A DNA stretch of 44,480 nt from Octopus bimaculoides (Eukaryota), in assembly GCF_001194135.2 (NCBI RefSeq), contig NC_069004.1, positions 16,758,020 through 16,802,499 on the forward strand, read 5' to 3'. Positions 35,404 through 44,480 of the stretch are shown in pieces. The position numbers were made by a program, and so were the translations under genes. Positions within the stretch are counted from its first letter, which is position 1; every line of letters starts with the position of its first letter. Under the pieces are notes generated by a model, which was not told the origin of the DNA, made no database searches, and was given only the letters and a program-made list of their open reading frames with translations.

Positions 35404-35620
35404 GATTTCAAATTTTGGCACAAGGCCAGCAATTTTGGATGAGGGAGTAAATTGGTACTTCTTTTATCGATCTGGTATCAACTGGTACTTCTTTTATCGA
35501 TCCCAAAAGGATGAAAGGCAAAGTTGACTTTGCCAGAATTTGAACACAGAACTTAAGGACAGACAAATTTCCACTAAGCATTTAGCCTGGTGTGCTAACA
35601 GTTCTGCCAACCTGTCACCA
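35404..35620 (-). mobile_element. MetaSINE-like tRNA SINE
   Basis: GGCACAAGGCCAGC...AAAAGGATGAAAGGCAAAGTTGACTTTG...GAATTTGAAC. Confidence 0.85.
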
Positions 35621-35754
35621 TACTGGTCCCTAATATATTAACATGTTGGAATCGGGGCTGGGGTTTGTGAGAATTATAATGTAATGCTGCTTATTTAATG
35701 AGTGTATTCAATTTTCTGAGAACAAATGAAGAAATGAAGTGGAATCATTGTCGT

Positions 35755-35990
35755 CATCAACATTTAATGTCTATTTTTCCATGCTGGCATGGGTTGGACG
35801 GCTTGACAGGAACTGGCAAGGCCAGGGACCACACCAGGTTACATATTCTGTTTTGACTTGGTTTCAATGGTTGGATGCCCTTTCTAACACGAAGCACTCC
35901 ACAGAGTGTACTGGTTGCTCTTTATGTGACACTATCACCAGTGCTTTTTACGTGGCACCAGCACCCACACCAATGCTTTTAATGTGACAC
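35755..35990 (-). mobile_element. RTE 3'-end fragment
   Basis: CATTTAATGTCTATTTTTCCATGCTGGCATGGGTTGGACGG. Confidence 0.8.
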
Positions 35991-36103
35991 CTTGGTTTTA
36001 GGATCTCAATTCTGTTGTGGTGGGCAGGTTTTCTAGAGCTGCTATGAGGGGAAACTAATCTTCTAGAATCCTTTATTGATTTCCTTTTTTTCTCCATTTT
36101 CAG

Positions 36104-36250
36104 ACATACACACAGTATATTCCTTTGTCTATATATGATCTTCAGAGCTGGATGGGAAGTCCATCTATTTATGTCTATGACTGTTCTAATGCTGGAGTAA
36201 TTGTGGAATCTTTTAAACAGTTCTCTGCTCAGAGAGAACAAGAAAGAGAG
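36104..36250 (+). CDS. RPTOR: Raptor exon 5 ([49 protein letters not shown])
   Basis: Conserved [13 protein letters not shown] and VYDCSNAG. Acceptor ttttcag, donor gtgagt, 147 nt. Confidence 0.97.
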
Positions 36251-37010
36251 GTGAGTTATCTGTAATTGCTGTCCTAACCCTAACCCAAACACTACTGCTG
36301 TTGTTGCTGCCACTAAGTACTCCACACCCTACTATCAATAAGCAAGCTCATTTTTTATAACTGATGCCAACAGTTTTGCCTTTCCTTCAGGCTCAGTAGA
36401 ACGTATATATTGAACTCCATTTCCCTTAAATGCCTATACATCCTCCTTTTTAGATTGTCTTGCCTATAAAAAAAATCAACATTATGTTAATTAAAGTAAA
36501 TAAAATCAGGCAATGAGCTAGTGACATGGTGTGTGCAAAAAGCCAAAACAAAAATGTCTTAACTGAAATTATCTGTAAATTGGGGAATGAAAACTGCAAT
36601 TGTAATTTGTTTTCTTTCTTTTATAAAGAAACACTCTGTTATACACTACCTAATAAAACCATTTGTTTGCTTTTGTATTTGTTGTTCTTTGCTAGCATGC
36701 AGTCCATTCCACTTATAAATTGTGTTAAAAAAAAAATTCTATTTCTCTGATAATGTGGATTGTCTAGGTATTCAGATGCAAACATCCTACCAAATTATTA
36801 CTTTTTTTCCTCTAATGTCAGTGATCTATTTTCCCTGTTAATAAAATTCTTAGCAGGCATACAAAGGTCATCTAACTTGGTGGAGACCTCCATATATAAT
36901 TCCTCTATTCCAGTTTGAACTGTTTTCATTTTGCTTTTTTCTTCTTTTCTGTCCATCATTTCCATTTTCCTCCCACACTATGACCATTCTAACTCTTCAT
37001 TCGTTTACAG

Positions 37011-37234
37011 GCAATGATGAATACTCATAATTCCTCAGTGACTGGAGAGATTAGCAGTGGTTCTTCAGTGTCATCAACTACTAATCCAACGGTAGCTTCC
37101 ACCCCAGTGTCGATGAGTAACTGTATCCAGTTAGCCGCTTGCAGTAAAGATGAGCTGTTACCTATGAACCCTGAACTTCCAGCGGATGTGTTTACCTCGT
37201 GCCTCACCACCCCAATCAAAATGGCGCTCACATG
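37011..37234 (+). CDS. RPTOR: Raptor exon 6 (Ser/Thr-rich linker, then [38 protein letters not shown])
   Basis: Conserved CIQLAAC and [15 protein letters not shown]. Acceptor tttacag, donor TG|gtaagt, 224 nt, frame consistent. Confidence 0.95.
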
Positions 37235-37264
37235 GTAAGTTTAATTCAGTAAAATGGGCCTAGG

Positions 37265-37295
<31 letters not shown>

Positions 37296-37552
37296 GTTTA
37301 ACGTCCGCTTTCCATGCTAGCATGGGTTGGACGACTTGACTGAGGACTGGTGAAACCGGATGGCAACACCAGGCTCCAATCTAAATTTGGCAGAGTTTCT
37401 ACAGCTGGATGCCCTTCCTAACGCCAACCACTCAGAGAGTGTAGTAGGTGCTTTTACGTGTCACCTGCACGAAGGCCAGTCAGGCGATACTGGCAGCGGC
37501 CACGCTCGAAATGGTGTCTTTTATGTGCCACCCGCACAAGCCAGTCCAGGGC
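37265..37552 (-). mobile_element. Well-preserved RTE 3'-end copy about 30 nt downstream of exon 6
   Basis: (CAT)10 then CGTTTAACGTCCGCTTTCCATGCTAGCATGGG...GGATGCCCTTCCTAACGCCAACC. Confidence 0.9.
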
Positions 37553-38525
37553 ATGACTATGAAATTTGATAGACAGAAACTGTGCAAAAGCCTATTGTAT
37601 ATACGGAATTGGGATTTAATGGTTAAAAACTTATAAATAAATTTTAAACCTGGTGAGCTGATTTTATTGGTTACAAGATTGTTTTCATGATCCTTGCCGG
37701 ATACTACAGAATGCAGTAATAAAAAACACTGCTATAATTTCCTTCATTCAGAAGGAAATGTATTTATTGTTCCAAACTAAACAGGACTTATAAAGAAATA
37801 TGGAAAATCATTAATAAGAAAGATTAAACACTTAAAAAGCTCTTATGTATGTATGTATTTACACATGGGGGTGAGTATCTATGCAAGCATCTGTTTATTT
37901 TAAATTTATTTTTATGATGCATTGGCAAATGATATAAACATTGTCACTCTTGCTGTTAGAAATGCAGTGAAAGCAATTATTGGCCTTTTGTAGACCTGTA
38001 ACCAACAACACTTGATTACCAAAAGCAATATGTATGCATGTGTCTGTCAACATTATCATCATCATCATCATAACATCCACTTTTCCATGTTTGCATGGAT
38101 CTGATGGAATTTGTTGAGGTGGATTTGTCTATGGTTTCCTTTCCCCAACTAACCTGTTTTCAAAGTAAGGTAATATTTCCCCATGACCAGACACATTTTC
38201 ATGGAAGATTGGAAAAGAAAGACACCACTTGCATGTCGTGCAAAGTCAAGGCAGTAACACACACCCACACACATGTATGACAGGCTTCTGTCAGTTTCTG
38301 TCTGCCAAATCCACCCACAAGTCTTTGGTTAGTCTTGGGCTATAAGAAGACTCTTGCCTAAGGTGCCATAGTGTGGTTGACAAGCAAACTCCATACCACA
38401 CAGCCATACTTAAGCCTCCCTCTTTCTCTCCCCTCTCCCCCCTCTCATATTTTAAACCAGTTTGGTAAATGTCAAGATATGAAAGTATCAGCACTTTAGT
38501 AACTTCTGCCAATTGATTATAATAA

Positions 38526-38677
38526 TGGTTTCAAATTTTGGCACAAGGCCAGCAGTTTTGGAGGAGGGGTTTGTATAGTTGATTACATTGACCCCCCCCC
38601 CTAGTTCTCAACTGGTACTTATTTATCGATTCCAAAGGATGAAAGACAAAATTGGCCTTGGCAGAATTTGAACTCAG
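38526..38677 (-). mobile_element. MetaSINE-like tRNA SINE, cut by the gap
   Basis: TGGTTTCAAATTTTGGCACAAGGCC...GAATTTGAACTCAG. Confidence 0.85.
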
Positions 38678-38915
38678 NNNNNNNNNNNNNNNNNNNNNNN
38701 NNNNNNNNNNNNNNNNNNNNNNNNNNNNNNNNNNNNNNNNNNNNNNNNNNNNNNNNNNNNNNNNNNNNNNNNNNNNNNNNNNNNNNNNNNNNNNNNNNNN
38801 NNNNNNNNNNNNNNNNNNNNNNNNNNNNNNNNNNNNNNNNNNNNNNNNNNNNNNNNNNNNNNNNNNNNNNNNNNNNNNNNNNNNNNNNNNNNNNNNNNNN
38901 NNNNNNNNNNNNNNN
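38678..38915. other. Assembly gap (238 N) immediately upstream of the duplicated exon 7
   Basis: Seen directly. Confidence 0.99.
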
Positions 38916-38955
38916 TCAGTTCTTGTCAGTTTTCTATTTTTGTTTATAATTTCAG

Positions 38956-39015
38956 GTATGTTTCACAGGATTCTGGTAAGCTTGTTTCTGGCGCCACTCA
39001 AGAACTTGTTGACAA
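38956..39015 (+). CDS. RPTOR: Raptor exon 7, copy A (WYVSQDSGKLVSGATQELVDK)
   Basis: 60-nt phase 2-2 exon bridging exons 6 and 8 in frame. Acceptor tttcag, donor gtgagt. Identical to copy B; which copy is used or real is unknown. Confidence 0.6.
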
Positions 39016-39067
39016 GTGAGTTTAAAGTCAGTTCTTGTCAGTTTTCTATTTTTGTTTATAATTTCAG

Positions 39068-39127
39068 GTATGTTTCACAGGATTCTGGTAAGCTTGTTTC
39101 TGGCGCCACTCAAGAACTTGTTGACAA
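39068..39127 (+). CDS. RPTOR: Raptor exon 7, copy B (identical to copy A)
   Basis: Same 60 nt and splice sites, 112 bp downstream of copy A, followed by unique intron sequence. Confidence 0.75.
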
Positions 39128-39489
39128 GTGAGTTAAACTTCAGAATCTTGACCTAACATTTCTCCATCTAACCTTATAGCAGTTTTATTTCATTTTCAGT
39201 GTTTCTTTCCAACATCATCATCATCATTTAACGAATACCTATTTGTCTTTAATTGATTTCAGTCATTGGACTGTGGCCATGCTGGGGCTCTGTTTCAAGG
39301 GGTTTCAGTTAACCACATTCGCCCTAGTACTATTTCAATTTGGTACTTATTTTATCAATTTCTTTTAATCAGATGACTAAGTTACCTTCTGATGCACTCA
39401 TGACACCAGTTCATATTGATGTACACAAATCTACAACATCCTCACAGCATGTGTGTGTGTGTGTATGTAATTGTGCTGTTACATGAAAA

Positions 39490-39660
39490 AAAAGTACTCA
39501 TTACTCACTGTAAAGTGGTTGGTGTTAGGAATGGCATCAAGCAGTAGAAACCATGCCAAAACAGATGTTGGAACACAGTTCAGTCCTTGGATCCATCAAA
39601 TCCTGTCAAGCCATCTAACTAATGCCAGCATGAAAAATGCACATTAAATGTTGATGTTGA
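39490..39660 (+). mobile_element. RTE 3'-end fragment
   Basis: GTGGTTGGTGTTAGGAATGGCATC...GCCAGCATGAAAA...GATGTTGA. Confidence 0.75.
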
Positions 39661-39930
39661 AGATCATATATATATATATATATATATATATGAACACAAA
39701 TGAGCTGAGGTTCACTACAGCTGTTTCAGACCTGTTTTTTATTGATGAACAAATCAATTACATCATGTAAAAAAAAATGTTTTCTTCAGGTGAACTAAAA
39801 TTTTATATTTAGGATTTTAGAATTTTTCACACTGTTGGTACTGGATATGCTCTCCTTGATTCTACCTTGGTGTTCTTATTAATAAAATACCTCAGTTCTT
39901 ATAGATCCTGCAAATAATTTTATGTATATT

Positions 39931-40301
39931 TAAGTAAAGTTTAAGTTAGTTAAAATGTTTGTGACATATTTTAACTGCTAAAAGGCAAATTCACTGCAGT
40001 TACCATGGAGAAAAATTCTCTCTTATGGTTAAAAGGTGTAAAAACACAATATCTGTCCAGTGTTATCCCCTGTCAAGATTCCTAGACATCACTGTTACTA
40101 GCTCTTTAGTTGTTATCAATGGGAAACACCTAAGGGAGGCAACTCTGGAAAACCTTATCAAAACTATAGCTTTAATTAAAATACGCCTTTACACATTTTT
40201 ACCATAAGAGAGAATTTTTCTCCACAGTAACTGCAGTGAATTTGCCTTTTAACAGTTGAAGTATGTCACAAACATATTTTAACTAACCTAAACTTTGCTT
40301 A
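39931..40301. mobile_element. Long-TIR (foldback) MITE with ~112-bp arms in raptor intron 7
   Basis: 39931-40042 matches the reverse complement of 40188-40301, about 90% by eye, including AAAAGGCAAATTCACTGCAGTTAC and GGAGAAAAATTCTCTCTTATGGT. Confidence 0.88.
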
Positions 40302-40558
40302 TGCCTAAACACTGCTTGGCACTAATTTTACTGTAATATATGCATGCACAGGCTTAAGTGTGTAGTGAAGAAGTTTGCTTTGCAACTACATTGTTTTGGG
40401 TTCAGTCTCAGTACAAGTATCTTCTACAATTTGCTCTGGACTGACCAGTGCCTTGTATATGAATTTGGTAGATGGGAAAACTGCAGAATCCTGTCATAAT
40501 ATGCATGTGTAAAGCTGCATTCACAGCTATTTATTGTTTTTCCTTTTTCCTCATGTAG

Positions 40559-40659
40559 AATACCCGGGCAGTTGAATGATCGACGGACAATGCTTGGTGA
40601 ATTAAACTGGATTTTCACAGCAATTACAGATACTATTGCTTGGAACACACTTCCAAGAG
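40559..40659 (+). CDS. RPTOR: Raptor exon 8 ([33 protein letters not shown])
   Basis: Invariant [17 protein letters not shown]. Acceptor tgtag, donor gtagga, 101 nt. Confidence 0.97.
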
Positions 40660-41249
40660 GTAGGAATACCATTCCTCTCTCTCTCTCTCTTTCCTCATCC
40701 TTCTTTTGTTAGTTTCTCTGTGTCTTTTTCTGTTTTGCAATTCCATTCTCTCCATTTTTAAAGTTTCTCTTCGAGTACATTTTTCACTTTCTTGTGTGAT
40801 AAAAACAGTTTTTAAAATAGGGGTCAAAAGAAATGGAAAGCAGTTCTGTTCATCTTCCTTCCTGATGCCATTAGTGATATAAGATTAGAATATTTCAAAC
40901 TGAAAATTATACTGTGGGCTTCTCTTTTTAAAAGTTTACTGCAGAGAGCTGTTTGCCTTAGGACAGTGGCTCTGTGGTTCCAGACCTCTAGTGTGGTGTT
41001 TATAAAAGTAGCTCTAGGGTCTCATGAGCTGTGTTCAACATTTTTAAAGTTTGTTGAGTAAAATGTATAATTACTCGGTTACATATAGCTTTCAACTGAC
41101 AGATTAAACTGGGAAACCAAGATTGTTGTTAGTTCATAAAATCTCTTTATTAAATAGACAGACATTTCAAAATTTCACTTAAAAATATTTTGCCCATCAT
41201 AATGTGTCTAATGGAAAGGTTAGAGTTTCTTCTCTTTCAGGGTTAAGTT

Positions 41250-41430
41250 ATTTTCAGAGTCTCTTGACCCCAGTACTTAATTAGTATTTGATTTTATTGC
41301 CCCTCCCCCACTACCACCACGACAAGGAGAAAAAGCAAAATTAATCTCAACAGATTTGAACTCAGAATGTAAAGAGCTGGGAGAAATATTGCAAAAGTAT
41401 TTTCTCTGACACTCTCATGATTCTGTCAAT
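41250..41430 (-). mobile_element. Old MetaSINE-like copy
   Basis: GACCCCAGTACT...GATTTGAACTCAGAATGTAAAGAG. Confidence 0.6.
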
Positions 41431-42268
41431 ACTTTTTATTCCTAAGAGCTTTTCTGGTTTTAATATGTTGCCACATTTGTAATATGTCTTTTTTCTACAT
41501 TTTTTCGTGCAGCTGAAGATTGCTCTTCATATTGCATTTAAGGTAATGCTCACATTACTTAAATAAATTGAAGTAGCATGAAACGTGCGTACTGCAATCA
41601 CTTTTGAAATCCGTGTTGCTTATTATTTGATATATATATACATATATATAGTTGATGTATATTCTGTTGTCAACTATAGTGAGCTGTTTTAGAGCAAATA
41701 TCCTTACAGCTGCATACTTTTATCACTAACCATTTCACTGAAAGGTTGGTGTGGAGCCTTTCAGAGTGGCCTAGTAGGCTGACTGGGAACACAAATTCAC
41801 AATAAGAATGACCCAGGTTCAAATCCCACTGGAGACAGGATTTTGGAAAGCAGCAGGTAGACACATAGGTGTCATGACCTGGGTGGGCTCAGCTCCTGTA
41901 GAGTGTCAGGTATAAGGGCCAAAACATTTGTCAGATGGGAGTTCTTCCTCTGAAGATCTCTCTTGCAGTGTACTTGCCTTGAGGCAAATTTGTTATTTTT
42001 TTTTTGTGTCAATTCAGCAGACTGAGGTAAGAAGAGTTAGGAATCTTACTTTGGAGGGCAATACAATATTTAATCTATAATAGATGTTTATTACATTGTT
42101 TTATGTTCCTGTAAAAGGCATGAATATTACTGAATCCTGACTCCCTATAAATATGATGATATACAAAATGTAAGAAATCAATGTTGTAGCAAAGTTATTT
42201 GGTGAAAAATTATTAAATTACCTTTGTGTTTTTTTTTCTGTTTTTTTTTTTTTTTCTCCCTTTTATAG

Positions 42269-42413
42269 AATTGTTTCAAAAATTGTTCAGGCAAGATTTA
42301 TTGGTTGCCAGTCTTTTTCGCAACTTTCTGCTGGCAGAAAGAATTATGCGATCTTACAACTGTTCTCCAGTTTCAAGCCCACCCTTGCCCCCCACATATC
42401 AGCACCGGATGTG
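42269..42413 (+). CDS. RPTOR: Raptor exon 9 ([48 protein letters not shown]); gene continues beyond the window
   Basis: Invariant [23 protein letters not shown]. Poly-T plus tag acceptor, donor gtgagt, 145 nt. Confidence 0.97.
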
Positions 42414-42649
42414 GTGAGTCGCAGTTTTATTTATTTATTGTGTCATCTACTCATGAATCCATGAATCCATAAAAATGCCATTTCAAACAATTTCATCATC
42501 CGAATCATTTTCACATTCTCTTTTTACAAGAATATAAAGGGGTTGGATTGGATGGCCCTGTTTTAACAGTGTTTTAACTATTTGTTATGGTTCTTCATCA
42601 TCTGTTTTCTGAAATCCAGCATTCTGTGAGAACACCTTAACATTTCATC

Positions 42650-44395
42650 CCCTGTCTTCAAGATAAAGTCACTGTTTGAAGAAGACAGCTCACTAACTGC
42701 ATACCCCAAGAGGATAAGTGAAGTGCTAAGTAACTAATTCCAGAGTGTCTTCCTCTCTCCACTGGGAAACATACAAATTAGAAGCCTTAAGAGTTTTTCT
42801 CAACACTGCAGATCTACATGGGAAAGAGGCAACCATCAATCATATCAACATAAAAGAATGTCATATCAGCTATTGATGAGATGAACTCAAACTTAGCAGT
42901 GGGCTCCAGATGGATTTCCAGGTGTTCTAAAAACATGCAAGAAAACTCTTGCAAAACCACTGCAGATACTTTTTCAGAGTTTCCTTGCATGTGGCAAACT
43001 TCCTAAACTGTTAAAAGAAAGTGTCATATATCCTGTCAATAAAGGAGGAAGCAGAGCAGCTGCTAAAAATTACAAGCTTATCTCTCTGACTTCACATGTT
43101 AGCAAGGTCATGGAATGTATTAACAGAACGAGACTGATCACGTTCCTCGAAAAGAATAACTTGCTCACAAACACGCACATGGTTTCTGTCCGGGGAGGAG
43201 CTACCCCACACAGCTACTACAACATTACGACTAGGTACTGAAATAAGTAGCTCAACCACTCAAATGCAGATGTGATATATCTTGGCTTCGCCAAGGCCTT
43301 TGACAAAGTTGATCAAAGGATGATATGTCACAAACTACATGACTTTGGTATTGCTGAAAAGCTAGAAGAGTGGCTGCATGACTTTTTAAAATGAAGAAGT
43401 CAGACAGTTTCTGCCAATGACACTCTCTCTGGGGAGACATCAATCTACAACTGAGTCCATCAAGGAACTGTACTGGGACCACTACTGTTTGTGGTGGCTC
43501 TCTCAGACATGCCCCCAGTTATACAGTTTGTCGCTCTCACTAGCTACACAAAAGTATCACTGGCAGTCAAGGACCTTGATGATCATACCAAAACTATAAA
43601 ATGACCTGCATGCAATATACAAATGGACTGATAAAAATGATATGTAGTTCAATGCTGTGAAGTTTCAAGCACTCTACTATTGGCCCACAAATAAACTACA
43701 ATTGGAATACACAGGACCAGGGGTCCCAGAGTCAGAATAAGAGCTTGACCTGGGAATCCACATAAGTAATGATGCAATATTCCATGTGTGTATTACCAAG
43801 ATGGCAATGTTGTACAAGCAAGTAACTGGATGGATTCTTAAATCATTTAGAACCAGAAATAAGGATACCTTGCTACTCTTATAAAGAACTTTTGTTTGTA
43901 GTCATCTGGATTACTGCTCCCAACTGTGGTTGCTGCAGAGCATCAAACTAGTGGTGGAATTTGAGGCAGTCCTGCAACACTACACAAAGAAGATTGACGA
44001 GATGAAACAAATCACTTCCTGGGAGAGATTTTAAAGAACTGAAGCTCTACTCCGTAAAGAGAAGGTGTGAAAGATATGCAGTAATATACATATAGAAAAT
44101 GCTGCAAGGTCTAGCTTCCAACTTTGGAATTAAAAGCTATACCAACCACCAAACTAGGTGGTAATGCATAATACTGAAGATCCTGTCTTCTCCGTCTTGA
44201 ATAAGGACCCAGTACTGCAATAGCTTGGGTTTCAGATTTGTGAGATATTGATGTGATCTTCAAAAGGTATCTGGACAAATTTCTATTTGAAATCCCAGAT
44301 GAACTCACATTGTGGAAGACAGGACAAAGAAGTCTGGCTCTGTCCAACTCGCTTCTTCACCACAAACAGTACAGAGAGGAGACGCAAACACACTG
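42650..44395 (+). mobile_element. Decayed CR1-clade LINE RT fragment in raptor intron 9
   Basis: GPDGFPGVLK, KGGSRAAAKNYKLISLTSHVSKVME, DVIYLGFAKAFDKVD, QGTVLGPLLF, HLDYCSQLW and SNSL, with many stops and frameshifts. Confidence 0.88.
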
Positions 44396-44448
44396 AAAGG
44401 TGTTGCTCCAGCATGGCCCCAGCTTCTGGCTGAAACCAGTAAAAGATA

Positions 44449-44480
<32 letters not shown>

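Larger units (their letters stand above)
38916..39134 (+). repeat. 112-bp-period tandem duplication containing exon 7
   Basis: 38916-39022 is identical to 39028-39134 (107 bp). Confidence 0.95.

Noticed and set aside
36273-36286. Telomeric CCTAACCCTAACCC
   Set aside because: Only about two units; expected by chance.

Overview
AT-rich, repeat-dense animal genomic DNA with three N gaps (3995-4441, 31424-31473, 38678-38915). The repeat repertoire looks like an octopus or other coleoid cephalopod; this is inferred from recalled repeat families, not from a search. The only host gene I can support is the 5' part of raptor (RPTOR, the mTORC1 scaffold) on the + strand. Nine coding exons from 21129 to 42413 splice in frame with GT-AG sites to give about 405 aa of the N-terminal region (RNC domain), and the gene continues past the window. 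Exon 7 is present as two identical tandem copies next to a gap. The rest is mostly decayed mobile DNA: RTE-clade LINEs (one near full length, with a PHD-type finger inside the RT region and a 66-bp array in the 3' UTR), a CR1-like LINE, mariner (DD34D-type) and maT (DD37D) transposons, a piggyBac fossil, hAT, Tc1, TTAA and long-TIR MITEs, and several tRNA-derived SINE families. The most striking observation is a 595-bp palindromic insertion in raptor intron 3. It consists of two head-to-head copies of a tRNA-headed element, each carrying a decayed minimal Penelope-type hammerhead ribozyme motif, inside a single target-site duplication. A second, unrelated head-to-head SINE pair inside one 17-bp TSD lies upstream of the gene.
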